DNA from: Eledone cirrhosa
Lineage: Eukaryota
Assembly (NCBI GenBank): GCA_964016885.1
Contig: OZ024751.1
Coordinates: forward strand, 1,426,001-1,490,000
Length of the DNA: 64,000 bases
Direction: 5' to 3'
The notes below the pieces were generated by a model. That model saw nothing but the letters and a program-made list of their open reading frames with translations. It was not told the origin of the DNA and did not search any database. Position 1 is the first letter of the stretch. The number at the start of each line of letters is the position of its first letter. Below are positions 37,139 through 50,504 of the stretch, one piece after another. The position numbers were made by a program, and so were the translations under genes.

Positions 37139-40100
37139 GATCCAGAACTCCAAACAGAACCAAAAGATAATACACAAGACTAACATAATTCTCAAAAACA
37201 TTATCATCACAAACAAACTAAACATTACTGATTTAAATCATCTCTATTATGCATTGGCTAAAGTCACCACTCACTTATGTGGAGTGAAGATGAAAAAACA
37301 AAGGAATTCCCACAAGAAATCTACTTGGCAAGAGAACATCAATCGCCAAATAAACCTTCTCCGATCTGACATTAACAAACTATAAAGTAGGTGAACATGT
37401 TAAACAAACTAAACTTAGAAAATTGAAAAAAAAGTACAGTTTAAAATCAACATGTGACATAGACATGCTGATAGAAATAATCAAGCAAAAAGTGTCGGCC
37501 AAAGCTGCTCGTATAAGGCGCTTTGAAAAACGATCTAGATTCTATAAGGACAATAATATGTTCAAAAACAACCAAAGAAACTTCTACAGAAAAATTGGTA
37601 AGTCAACAATAACTGCTAAATCAATACCACCCAAGGAGGAAGTGCAAGAATTCTGGGAAAAGATCTGGGCCGAAGAAAAAGTTCATAACATACATGCCCC
37701 ATGGATAGACAGACAAATGAAAGATACAGCTCACCTTGAGGAACAAACATGGGAAAATATAACAGTTGAACAGTTGCGCTTGGCTCTAAGAAAAACCAGC
37801 AAATGGAAATCCCCAGGAAAAGACAAAATACAAAACTTTTGGATAAATGCCTTCACAGAGTCTCATGAGCTGTTAGCCCAACTTTACAATGAAATAGTTA
37901 AGGAGCCAGAAAAGATACCATCATGGCTAGTTAACGGCATTACATTCCTGCTTCCGAAGAATGATGAGACAAACAATCCCAAAAATTACAGACCGATAAC
38001 TTGCTTGACCACAATGTATAAAATTTTAACATCAGTCCTAGCTGAATACACATATGACCACCTGATAACAAATGACCTATTTCCCATTGAGCAGAAAGGG
38101 TGTAAACGAGGCTCATATGGCTGTAAGGATCAGCTTCTGGTTAACAAAATGATACTGGAAGATTGTCAAAATAGACACAAAAATCTATCGATTGCTTGGA
38201 TAGATTATAAAAAAGCATTCGATAGTTTGCCACACAGTTGGATTGAAAAATGTTTAGAGATTTTCAAAATATCCCCCGTTGTCAGGAGGTTTTTGTCATT
38301 CAGTATGAAGACATGGAAAACAACACTCCTTTTGAATAGTGAAACAAAATCACTGGAAGCTGGAGAAGTTAATATTAATTGTGGAATTTTTCAGGGTGAC
38401 TCTTTATCACCGCTTTTATTCTGCATCGAACTTATACCATTAAGTAAAATGCTCAATGAAACAAAACATGGATATGAAATCTATGACAAAACCATTAATC
38501 ACGTGTTCTACATGGATGACCTGAACCTATTTGCAAAAAATGATGAACAATTGCAAGGGCTATTATCCACTGTGAAGCAGTTCAGTGATGACATTAAAAT
38601 GGAGTTTGGACTAGATAAATGCGCCCAAGCAACGTTCACCAGAGGAAAGCTGCTGAAGAGTTCAGACATTAATCTTGATCGGGGGAACGTGATAAGAGAA
38701 CTTGATCAAGAAAAAACTTACAAATATCTAGGTGTTTGTGAAGGAGACGGAATCAAGCACTCGACAATGAGGGAAAGGATAAGGAAGGAATGTTACCGCA
38801 GAGTAAGAGCAATCTTAAGAACGGAATTGAATGCAAGGAATAGAATCGATGCCATAAACACGCTTGCCATACCAGTAGTAACCTACAGTTACAATGTCAT
38901 CAACTGGTCAAGCACAGAGATCCGTAGGCTCGATACAAAAATTCGAAAACTCTTAACCATGCACAGAATGCATCACCCTAAGGCAGATATAGATAGAATA
39001 TATCTCCCTAGGAAAGAAGGAGGACGTGGGTTAATACAGTTAGACATTGCGTTGAAAACTGCAACAATTGGATTATCTACATATCTAAGGGAATCACATG
39101 ATTGGATGATCAAACTCGTTTTGAAATACGAAAGCATCAAAAGATCATATTCCATTACAAAAGATGCACAAAGATACAGTAATGGACTACAAATTTCAGA
39201 GGTCCCATTTACTGCTGAAATGGAAAACACAGAAAAAGCAAAGCAGGTAAAAGTAACTGCAAAGAAAGAACTGCTACAGAAACTGGCTAAGAAATGGCAA
39301 GAAAAGCCTCTGTATGGAAAATACCCAGAGCGAGCTAACAATCCTGATGTTGACAAAACTTTAACCCATCAGTGGTTGGCATCCTCTGGACTGAAATCGG
39401 AGACTGAAGGACTGATTATATCGGCACAAGATCAGTGTCTGCCAACAAAAAATTACCAAGCCAACATAATAAAAAATGGATGCAACCCATTATGCCGTGT
39501 ATGCAAAAAACAACCAGAGACCATTGACCATATAATTTCAATGTGTAGTCCTATAGCTCCAACCGAATACCTAAACAGGCATGACAGAGCTGCACAATAC
39601 ATACATTGGATAATGTGTAAGCATTTTGACCTGCCCCATCAAAAGAATTGGTGGAAAGCATTAACCACCTCCCATACTTGAAAAAGATCACATCTCAATC
39701 TTGTGGAACTTTAGCATCCAAACAGACCGAAAAATAGATGCAAATAGACCTGATATAATATTGAAGGACTTTAAAAAGAGGGTATGCCTGCTAATTGATA
39801 TGTCCGTTCCAATAGACAAGAATGTATCTATAAAAACATTTGAACAATTGAGCAAGTATAAGGACCTGGAGATAGAAATTGGAAAAATGTGGAAATTGAG
39901 AACTAAAACAATACCAGTGGTTGTAGGCGCTCTGGGAATGATACCTAAGGGGTCTAATGATTACTTATCGCAAATCACAGGAAACCCGCGTATAGGAGAA
40001 ATACAAAAGATAGTACTAATGGGAACTGCCCATATACTAAGGAAGATTCTGTCAATATAAGTACATCACAAGTCTAAACACTAAAGATGCATGTGTGAGT

Positions 40101-40223
40101 ATGTATGTTCTTTCTTGAACATGGCGGACCTTGTTGTCTCTTGAGGTCACTGGTTGTGACTTGGTGATAACTCGTATGAACATAAAGCAAGATAAATGCA
40201 ACTGTAATAATAATAATAATAAT
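37139..40223 (+). mobile_element. R4/Dong-type RLE LINE, family B, copy 2
   Basis: It is colinear with 28017-31089. It carries a 752-aa RT ORF plus an RLE ORF at 39701-40060, and ends in a (TAA)n tail. Confidence 0.92.
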
Positions 40224-40849
40224 ATGTAATTCAGTTCTGGGGGTATTTAATTTTATCTCTGAAGTTATTCAAAGGTGGAATTACCTCTTAGCATTGTGTT
40301 AGTTAAATTCTTGCTATAAATATGTAAAAAATGTTACGATGCTAACAAAGACTGTTAAAGTTGGGGATTCCGTGAAATAAATATCTCGCTACTTCTAATT
40401 TAACATTTTGTGAGTGTGTGTCTGTGAAACACCAGGTCCGAACACAAAGGAAGAAAACTGCCACTGTCACTACCTCCTTCTCCCCGCTCTCCCCATCTCT
40501 CATTATTATGAGCAAATGGGGGCCAACGCGCTGGCCGCCCCGTGATCGGACAGAATAGAGAAGGCATTTCTTCGGAGGATGGTGAAGGAGACGCGCTGGA
40601 AGAGCCATTCCATCTCGCGAGGCCCACACCTGCTTGTAGCCAACTCTGTGCCGAATATAATCCAATTTTAGAGTTTAAGTATCCTTCCAACTGACTCTCT
40701 ATCTAAAGCCATAAGGTTTATTATTACGCTAATCCGAAGTTCAGGACTGTGTCTTATTTATTCTTATATACATATCTTCCAATTTTCAAGATTATCCCAA
40801 GAAGACCTAAGAGGACGACTCATCGTTTGTTTATTCTTATCTATAGAAT

Positions 40850-41080
40850 TAATGATGGAATCGATCGACAAGATCCTAGACCTCCGCTTACCGAGTGGGA
40901 TAGAACTCGTCAAATCGGACCAAGGAAACAATGTTTCCGTTGGTCTTTCCATTGATGATACTATCTATCGGTCGCAACTCCTGGCAGAAATAAAGTATAT
41001 TTTTCAAGGATACAACGCATCACCCGGTCCGAGAATTGAACTCGCAACCTCACGTTTGCTAATCCAACTCTCTAACCACT
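40850..41080 (-). mobile_element. tRNA-derived SINE (second family)
   Basis: A B-box-like GAGTTCAATTC is present on the minus strand. 40908-41010 is homologous to the reverse complement of 62178-62285. Confidence 0.55.
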
Positions 41081-41285
41081 TTTCAAGATTATCCTATTTT
41101 CAAGATTATCCTAAGAAGACTACCCAACGTTTGTCTATTCTTACATTGCTGAGATTTCTTTCTTTCTATCTAATCTCAAATGAGTTTTAGTTTTCGCCTT
41201 CAGGAATAACATGCAATATTATAAAATATTGTATGTAGAGTAATAGGTCAAGGATGTTAGTATTAAAGGTTATCTACATATTATT

Positions 41286-41716
41286 TGGCGGTGAATTGCC
41301 AGAGTTGTTAGAACGTCGGACAGAAAATGTTGCGGTATCTTCAATCAGTCTCTCACTCTATCCTTCTCTGGAAGAAATCTACTGTATTCAAACCTATAAA
41401 AGATTAGTCTCTTCCAGGTTTTAAAATGTCCTAGAAACGCCGTATGTCAATACACCACCCCTATTTCTCCCCCGGGAGTTACGAGACCATGCATGCATAT
41501 ATTTTTATTAGAGCAATGTTAAAAATTGTTGTTGTTATTATCAACGGCTGGAGAAGGCTGGTGGATTTGCAGAATCGGTAAAGCGTTGGACAAAATATTT
41601 GCGGTATTAAGTTAGGGATTTCTATGCTCTGAGTTCAAACCCTACCGAGGTCAACTTTACCTTTAACCAATCCGGGGTTGATAGAACTAAATTGCTATTA
41701 AATACTCGGGTCGAAA
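41286..41716 (+). mobile_element. Two degenerate SINE copies
   Basis: GGCGGTGAATTG..gttagaacgtcgga head, and ctgagttcaaac..gaggtcaacttt core. Confidence 0.6.
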
Positions 41717-41989
41717 TGTTCATCATTATAGCAGATCATGACGAACACGCTGTCTTAGAGAGACAGAGAGTGAAGAGAGAGATGAGGAAAACTACACACG
41801 CACACCTAGAGAGAGAGAGAGGGGAGAGAGAGACAGGGAAAGAGAAACAGAGGGACGGGCAAGCAGGTAATACATACATCTAAAATCATTTGGATACAAA
41901 TATCATAATATAATGATTGCAGAACGAAAATACAGACAAATATAATAATGTATGTATCCCCCACACTTTTTCTGTCGTCGCTCGCATAT

Positions 41990-42147
<158 letters not shown>

Positions 42148-42260
42148 CACATACTTTCACACCTGATTTCGCCAATTGCCGGATAAGATCAAAACAAAAC
42201 ACACAGACACACACATGCACATACTCACATACACAAACACACACACACATATCTATGCTT

Positions 42261-42292
<32 letters not shown>

Positions 42293-42336
42293 TGTATGTA
42301 TGTATGTATGTATGTATGAATGTATGTATGTATGCA

Positions 42337-42739
42337 TATAACGGGTTTTAGGGTCAATTCTTAATATACATAATAGAGATCAGAAGGCATTTAGAACATT
42401 GACTAAATCCGTTATCGATGTTGTAACTCTATTTATTAGTCGTACATGTTGAACGGATACATTAGGTACAGGTCGTATCTACATGTGTAGGATGTAGCTT
42501 GGTCCGCTTCATTGCAAGATGGAGATGTTGTTAGCAGCGATGAGTGTAGCCTGGTCTTGTCGATAAGAGAGGTGCGTGTAGACTAATGACTCTCTTGGTC
42601 ACCCCCGCTCACACTGGTGACGTAGTTCTGGACAGTCGAATTAGTGCGCCGAAGGTTTTGATTGGCTCACACTTCAGCCAACTTACCTCCGTAACACCAT
42701 TCCTCCGCAGAAGGAAAATACATTTTATTCACTGCTACA
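42337..42739 (-). repeat. 3' LTR, preceded by the PPT aagcagggggtga (42740-42752)
   Basis: Matches 47664-48066 with one mismatch found by eye. Confidence 0.97.
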
Positions 42740-42961
42740 TCACCCCCTGCTTAGGCTTAGAGCCGACAGAGAAATAAGGGTAGCAGTTGAATGAAAGAAA
42801 AAGTACTATATAATAGTAAACACAATAAAATATATCACTGATAAAGAAATGTTCATATTACAGGAAAGTCAGAAATAGTGTAATGTTCACCTTAGTTCAT
42901 ACATTTAATACAAATACAAGGGCGGAGCAAACTCCAAGAAGATTGCTGTAAATAACATAGT

Positions 42962-45900
42962 TCATATATAAAGAGTCTTGCAAAGCTTCTTGGGCCAATG
43001 TACTCGCCGACCGCTACGTGTGGTGGTGACATATGTAGGTGTAGGTGTGTGCGATGTTATATGTGTATTGTGGCTTGGCTGATGCCAGGTGTATGTGGGG
43101 GGAAAATGGGGCTCTTGTGTGAGAGTGTCTGTATTGGCCCGTTTTACCCTGTCAATGGACACAGTCTCTTTTTTACCCCCAATGTCTAGGGTGAATAGCT
43201 TATCTGTGCGCTCAAGCACGCGATAGGGACCGGTATAAGGTGGCATGAGAGGAGCTCTCACGGCGTCCTTTCGTAAAAAGACGTGGGTCCATGAAGCAAT
43301 GTCTTTCGGGACCGAAGATTTGATTGTCTGTTGGCGAGGGTGCATAGGCGGAAGATTGCTGAAATATGATTGCAGTCTGCTCACATACAGAGCTGGGTCT
43401 GTTGCTGGTAGGTCCAATGGAGCTAACATCTGACCAGGCAGAGATATAGGCACTCCGTAAACCAACTCGGCGGGGGAGTAGCCTAGATCTTCCTTGATGG
43501 CTGCACGACAGCCCAGGAGGACAATTGGTACATATTCGCTCCACCGCTGCTGATCCGGATAAGCGCGCAGTGCGGCTTTCAATTGGCGGTGGAAGCGTTC
43601 AATCATTCCGTTAGAAGCTGGATGGTAGCTGGTCGTTCGAATGCGTTGCATTCCCAGGATCCTTGAAAGCTCTCGGAAAAGGTGTGACTCAAATTGTCCA
43701 CCGCGGTCAGTGGTGATAGTGGCTGGAACTCCGTAACGCGATATCCAACCCGATACTAGGGCTCGCGCTACAGATTCCGCCGAAATGTCACTTAAAGGAA
43801 TGGCTTCAGGCCAACGTGTGAAGCGATCTATGCAGGTCAGGAGGTATGTAAATCCTCGGCTGACCGGCCATGGTCCGACAAGATCTATATGGACATGGCT
43901 GAACCGAGCGTCTGGAGTGCTGAAAGTTCCAAGGGGTGCGCGGATGTGTTTGTGCACCTTTGACTTTTGGCAGGATAGGCAGGAACGTGTCCAGGCAGTG
44001 ATGTCACGCCTCATATTAGGCCAGAAGAATCTAGCTGAAATGAGCTTCACTGTGGTCGATATTCCAGGGTGTGCCAGACCGTGCAAGGTGTCGAAAACTG
44101 CTCGACGATGAGTCACTGGCACTAGAGGGCGAGGTGCATCTGTCGAGGTGTCGCAGATAATCTGTGTGTCCGAAGAGGGCACAGGCAGATATGCAAATTT
44201 GCCAGTTGCAAATTCAGAAGACGAGAGGTCCAAAGTATCCAGAGGTGGTGTTCTGTGGCCATTCGTTGGAGGTCGATTTCCGCTGGCGATGACAGGGAAT
44301 TAATTGGGAGGCGAGACAGTGCATCTGCCGCCGCATTCTGTTCACCAGAGATGTGTCGGATATCGCTGGTAAATTGCGAAACGAAGTCCAAGTGGCGAGT
44401 TTCGCGAGGTGAATATTTGTCCGGCTTAGAACGCAGTGCGAACGTAAGTGGACGGTGGTCAGTGTATATAACAAATTGGCGACCCTCCAGTGAATGCCGA
44501 AAGTGTTTTACTGCAAGGTACATAGCCAAGAGTTCACGGCCGAATGTGCTATACCGTGTTTCTGCAGGCTTCAGCTGTTTAGAAAAGTAGGCAAGAGGTT
44601 GTAACTGTTGTTGGTGATGTTGTTGCAGTACTGCACCTACAGCTGTGCCTGATGCATCAACAACCAGTGAAAACTGGGCACCAGACACAGGATGTGCAAG
44701 CAGTGATGTCTCCGCAAGCTTCCGCTTCACTTCGTCGAAGGCTTTTAGCTGATTCGTGTCCAATGAAATGGAATCGTTCTTCTTTTTCCTGTTACGTAAC
44801 AGGTCGGACAGAGGAGACAGGAGATCCGCACAGTGTGGGATAAAGCGCCTGTAATAGTTCAGTAGCCCAAGGAAATGTCGTAGTTGACGAAGTGAAGTGG
44901 GTGGTTGGAGGTCTTGTACCGCTTTCACTTTATCAGGTAGTGGCGAAATTCCTTCTGGGCTGATGACATGGCCCAAGAAGACAAGTGAGGAAGCACCGAA
45001 AACACATTTTGCCGGATTAATTCTCACTTGGTATTTTTGAAATCTCTCGAACAGGAGACGGAGGTGAGTGACATGTTCCTCAGGTGAGGCACTTGCCACA
45101 AGAATGTCGTCGATGTAGCTGTACACGAAGTCTAAATCGCGCACAACTTCATCCATAAATCGTTGGAACGTGCTGGCTGCGTTTCGCAAACCGAAAGGCA
45201 TGGTCAAAAATTCAAACGCTCCAAATGGAGTTGTTACTGCAGTTTTAGGTATGTCTGCCGGGTTCACCGGGATTTGGTGGTATGCTTTGACCAAATCCAA
45301 TTTGGAGAATATGTTGCATCCATGCAGCGAAGATGCAAAATCCTGTATGTGTGGTATCGGGTAGCGGTCGGGTACCGTCATTGCATTTAACCGGCGAAAG
45401 TCCCCAGTGGGACGCCAATCACCGGAACGCTTTGGTACCAAATGCAAGGGTGCGGCCCACGGGCTTGAGGATGGGCGAATGATCCCGAGCTGCAGCATGT
45501 GATTGAATTCAGCCCTTGCGGCCTTCAGTTTCTCAGCAGAGAGACGGCGAGGGCGCGAAAACACAGGAGCTCCGGATGTTTCAATGTGGTGCTTGGTGGA
45601 GTGAGTAGGCTCACTCATCACAAAATTCAAATTTGTTAATTCCGGGAAGGAATGCAAAAGTGATTGGTAAGGATCTTCTGTAGCAGCGATAAAGAAGACC
45701 GGGCTGACCGACGAGACAGTCGATCTGGTACCCGGCACAGACAGTTCTGTGTTGGCATCCAACAACCGGCGTCTGCGCATATCCACTATCAAGTTATAGT
45801 GGTGCAGGAAACCTGAGCCTAGGATGGGGTAAGGCAGATCAGCAACAGTGAAGATCCACGTGAAATCTCTACGCAATTCCAGGTTCAAAGAACGAGAAAT

Positions 45901-46122
45901 CTGACCGTACGTGGGGATCGGTGACTGGTTTACTGCTTGCAGAGAGACGGTTGAGAGTTGGGGCTTCTCTTTGAGAAGTTTTAGCGGCCAAATGCTACAA
46001 GCCGCGCCGGTGTCGATCAGACAACGTGCTTGCGACTCAGTGTCTGTGATGAAAAACACACGGTTATTAGGGAGGGTCAGAGGAGACTGTGCCGTGCTCA
46101 GGTCTCCTGAAATCTGTTTCCC
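42962..46122 (-). CDS. pol: Pol (protease, RT, RNase H, integrase) with a 1-nt deletion near 44249
   Basis: Motifs [63 protein letters not shown] and GPY. Confidence 0.92.
46081..46122 (-). promoter_or_regulatory. -1 programmed ribosomal frameshift signal (gag-pol)
   Basis: Slippery G GGA AAC in the gag frame (46122-46116), a 7-nt spacer, then a 7-bp stem aggagac/gtctcct. Pol is in the -1 frame. Confidence 0.85.
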
Positions 46123-47006
46123 TGGTCTGAAAATGTACAAGGCTGTTTACAGGAGCGTGCTGCTGCGCCAAAACGGCTGTGGTAGTAACACAAACCTGAA
46201 CTGCTTGTGTGACGGCGCCGTGGCGAGGGTGAACGGCTCTGGAAACGGTGTCTGGGCGAATGAGTCCTGTGAGTGCTTAGTTTTCTCACTTCCTTGGTTA
46301 GCTGCTCTATTGCTTGCAGCATTGCTGCATTTGCAAGTGACTGGTCGGTATAACTGGCAGCCGCTGGAGTGAAGGAAGCGACCGCAGTCGGCGGCTGGGA
46401 TACATTGAAGGAGACAGGAGCGAACGGATTGACCGCAGCCGGTGGCTGAGGTGCCTGGAAGGAGGCAGGAGAGAACGGATTGACCGCAGCCGGTGGCTGA
46501 GGTGCCTGGAAGGGGGCAAATGAGGCTGGGTGTCCGATGACACTCATAACCCTGTCGGCCGAAGCCGCTAGCTGGTCGACAGGAGCAGCCTCCATCATGG
46601 GCGCTAAGATCGCCTGAACTCCGGGGGGTAGCCTTGAGACAAAAAGCTGTCTAAGGAGGGCACTGTCAGCTGGGGCATCTTCCGCCAGCTCTCTCATCCG
46701 ACGCAGTAGTTGTGTGGGCGTCCGATCACCCAAATGTTCGTCATTGACGAGCGTCTGAAATTTTTTTTCTGCGGACAATGTGGTCCGCCGCAACACTTCG
46801 AGCTTCACGCTCTCATAGGAGGCCCCAGGGCGAGGATCGGTAATTAAGTCTTTGACGACCGACGTCAATGACGCTGGAAAAGCGCTTAACAGGAGATTTA
46901 ACTGTCTGTGGTCACTGGTGATGTTATTCGCTGTGAAATGTGCTTCTATCTGGGCGAACCAGACAGTGACGTCACCGGTAAACGGTGGCAATGAAGTGCT
47001 ACCCAT
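46098..47006 (-). CDS. gag: Gag with a CHCC motif
   Basis: [26 protein letters not shown] and [18 protein letters not shown]. The ATG is at about 47006. It contains internal 48-nt tandem repeats. Confidence 0.9.
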   Translation of the reverse strand: MGSTSLPPFTGDVTVWFAQIEAHFTANNITSDHRQLNLLLSAFPASLTSVVKDLITDPRPGASYESVKLEVLRRTTLSAEKKFQTLVNDEHLGDRTPTQLLRRMRELAEDAPADSALLRQLFVSRLPPGVQAILAPMMEAAPVDQLAASADRVMSVIGHPASFAPFQAPQPPAAVNPFSPASFQAPQPPAAVNPFAPVSFNVSQPPTAVASFTPAAASYTDQSLANAAMLQAIEQLTKEVRKLSTHRTHSPRHRFQSRSPSPRRRHTSSSGLCYYHSRFGAAARSCKQPCTFSDQGNRFQET

Positions 47007-47643
47007 TGTGTATACTGATGTAAAAGCAAAGGGCAAAGAAAGGACAACTCTGCACTTGTCACCGAGACAAAAGTGAAAATTCAGGCCAAGAAAAAATATA
47101 ATCCGAGTGAAGGACAGAAAAAGAAAAATATATCAAAAACAATGTTGGAGGGAAAAACGTCAAGCTTTAAAAAAAAAATTATGATTTATCTTTGTCCTAT
47201 TATTTTTTTTTTGTGTACTTTTCAAAATGGCGTTGCCTCCGTCGTTTTGGCGGGAAAACAGCTGAAGAAGACGGAAGTCGGCCATCTTGCTCTGACCGGC
47301 TATCAGCACCAACAGTTCTTTTTTTTTTTTTTTTATAGCGTCGCCCAATCAGAAATTGAGAGGGAAAAATAAGATTTTTGTATTAACGCATGTGTTCGGT
47401 GATGTTAGAAAGTGAAGGTGTGATGTGCAGATTTAGTAACAATAAGACAATATATCAAATACATATTAGGACTCACGCTAATCGCGTACATACCCCGAGA
47501 AAAGGCGAGTGGCTTTGTTTTTTTTTTGTTTTTTTGGGATGCTAAATGTTGATGTGTTCGTTGCAACGGAAAGATGTGGTTTCTTCTGTGTTGATGTCCT
47601 TAAACGTTCGGGTCACCATTTATAATGTGATTTGTTGTATCGT

Positions 47644-47661
47644 ATCACGTCGGGGTCACCA
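47644..47661 (-). promoter_or_regulatory. Primer binding site for tRNA-Trp
   Basis: TGGTGACCCCGACGTGAT lies 2 nt after the 5' LTR and is complementary to the animal tRNA-Trp 3' end ATCACGTCGGGGTCACCA. Confidence 0.92.
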
Positions 47662-47663
47662 TT

Positions 47664-48066
47664 TATAACGGGTTTTAGGGTCAATTCTTAATATACATAA
47701 TAGAGATCAGAAGGCATTTAGAACATTGACTAAATCCGTTATCGATGTTGTAACTCTATTTATTAGTCGTACATGTTGAACGGATACATTAGGTACAGGT
47801 CGTATCTACATGTGTAGGATGTAGCTTGGTCCGCTTCATTGCAAGATGGAGATGTTGTTAGCAGCGATGAGTGTAGCCTGGTCTTGTCGATAAGAGAGGT
47901 GCGTGTAGACTAATGACTCTCTTGGTCACCTCCGCTCACACTGGTGACGTAGTTCTGGACAGTCGAATTAGTGCGCCGAAGGTTTTGATTGGCTCACACT
48001 TCAGCCAACTTACCTCCGTAACACCATTCCTCCGCAGAAGGAAAATACATTTTATTCACTGCTACA
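47664..48066 (-). repeat. 5' LTR
   Basis: TGTAGC...GTTATA on the minus strand, adjacent to the PBS. Confidence 0.97.
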
Positions 48067-48529
48067 TGCATGTATGTAAGATCATGCTCCCTCTCTATAA
48101 TTTAACTGGTTTTCTCTCTCTGTCACTCTTCACTCTCTATATGACAACACTGTTTTAGTTTCCGTATCTCCCTTCAATATATACAGAGAGATAGAGAGAG
48201 GGAGAGAAAGAGAAAGAGAGAGAGAGAAAGAGAAAGAGAAAGATTTAGAGAAAGATTGGGAAAACTACACACACACATATACAGAGAGAGAGACAGAAAA
48301 CAGAGGGAGGGGGAAAGAGAGAGATAGGCCGTTAGACAGAGAGAGATACAATTAAAGTGTTAGTTATTCAGAGAGAGAGATAGAGAGATAGAGGGAGAGA
48401 GAGAGAGAGTCGGAAGGACAATGTGACACGGGAGGGTGTGTGATATCTTTGTAGTGGAGTGGTGGGGGTTAGTATACCTGGCCGGGCGCCATCCGGACGG
48501 GCCAGATAGTATATATATATATATATTAA

Positions 48530-49983
48530 TTAAAATAATAGATTAAGGTTTAAGCAAAGAATGGCTGCTTTCACCCTTAACGGTATCTTCTGAAACTACA
48601 AAAATCAATCTGTGAACGCAAAAGTAAATATTTCGAAAAACGTTGCAAACGAAGGAAGACAGGAAGACGATACTTTGGTTCGTGGAAACGTACCCTGGCA
48701 AAGAACGAAAGAAAAAACGAAGATAATACGTCATTATATGGAGCGGTGAGAACAATTACACGCAAAGACAAAACCACGTTTATGGTATAACTGAAGTCGT
48801 AGACTAAAATTCTATTTAGGAAACCGAATGATTCTTGGCTTCGGAGTTAAGAATAATGTAAATAAATTACAGATGTTAATGAAATCAACAATAATTAAAT
48901 ATATACATGCACGCATCCATATACGTACATACACATGCATACGCGAAAACACCCGCCATGGGTATGCAAATACAGGCACGTACACAAAACCACGCGCACA
49001 CATACAAAAACCCACGCAACGCCTGTACCCGCACACATACGAATGTATACACCAAATACACATAAAACATATATAAAAAAAAAATATATATATATATACA
49101 TGTGTGTGAGTGTGTGCGCGTATACATATAATTATATAAACGTATATAAATATACACACATAAATACGTATATAACGCGCGCGCACACACACCTACAAGT
49201 AAATACACATATGTTCGCTAAACGTACGTCAACCAAAACACAAAGTACACATATACACACCCTACATACCTTCAAACCCGCATACACACACAAACGCAAA
49301 ACTCACGTATACACATAACCATATACACATGTACCAGTATATATAATATAATATATACGCCTATAACAAATACAAGCAAATATACGTACGTGAAAGTATA
49401 CATACCTTCACAAAACATACAGGTACTTTCAATACAAATAAGTAATGGTATAAACATAAAATATACTTAGCTACCATTTCAAGATGTAAATTATCCGCGT
49501 ATAGTTCGTACTATCCGTTAGGGTAATGTGGGAATGTAATACAGGAAAGTTTTGTGCAATTTATGTTTACAAGCCGAAATTGCCTACGATTTTTTGTTTA
49601 AGATGTGGTCATTGGCGTAGAGTATTTCCAGTGCTTCAGCGGAGGAGAGGTCACATGGTTTTTTTATTTCCGTTATACGATCTAGCTCGAGCTAGGATCT
49701 CCCAGTGTAACCTATATTGGGTGTGGTTGTCTTTTAGACTCCAGATATAAGCTGAAAGTGACGTCATATTCCTTCTTAAAGGGTTAAGAAAAGAATGGGT
49801 ATGCATGTAGAGACGCTGCTTGAATCTATTGGGGGTTAACCCTATGTAGGCCCTACGGGACGTGGGTGTCTCAACCTTACATTTGTAGACAATGTTACTA
49901 GAGAGGCATTTCCCGGGTAGGAGGCAGTCAACCCTATCCTTATCGAGCCCTCTTTGGATGTTAGTCTTCAAATTTATTATTAT

Positions 49984-49990
<7 letters not shown>
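48530..49990 (-). mobile_element. 5'-truncated PLE: GIY-YIG, 3' region and variant hammerhead, plus a short inverted head fragment
   Basis: CLLPGKCLSSNIVYKC..YIGLT..FKQRLYMH..SF..TSLSAYIWSLK at 49651-49933. The hammerhead-like motif is at 48548-48596. 49935-49987 matches 13913-13967 in the opposite orientation to the ORF. Confidence 0.85.
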
Positions 49991-50057
<67 letters not shown>

Positions 50058-50237
50058 AAATGTTGCTCTACATGGCTGAAATACAATAAATGTAATCTGA
50101 GTTTTTCGAATATTAATAATAACATTCGATTCGTTTGCAATTATGCAAACAAGCCTCTATTTTATAGCTATGTCAGTAGAATGAACACTTCATTCTTGCA
50201 CTTATGTTGGCATGCGAACAGAACTGCATATATATAC

Positions 50238-50342
<105 letters not shown>

Positions 50343-50504
50343 CATATATATTATATATATATATACACACACACATACACAAACATACAAATATATAAGT
50401 GTGTGAGTGTGCATGTATGTATATATATATATGTATATAGATATAAATAGTTGACTGCCAACCATATCTCAACAAGGGTAGGGTGGATATTGTGTGTTTG
50501 TTTT

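Larger units (their letters stand above)
42337..48066 (-). mobile_element. Full-length Ty3/Gypsy LTR retrotransposon, CsRn1 lineage
   Basis: 403-bp LTRs, TSD TGCA (42333-42336 and 48067-48070) and domain order PR-RT-RH-IN. The tRNA-Trp PBS, CHCC Gag motif and GPY integrase motif are established CsRn1 traits. Confidence 0.95.

Noticed and set aside
40330-40740. GC-richer island as a possible solo LTR or promoter
   Set aside because: No TG..CA boundaries with a TSD and no second copy were found.
44240-44260. Second programmed frameshift between RNase H and integrase
   Set aside because: There is no slippery site. A single missing base restores ..[13 protein letters not shown].., so this is a mutation or sequencing error.
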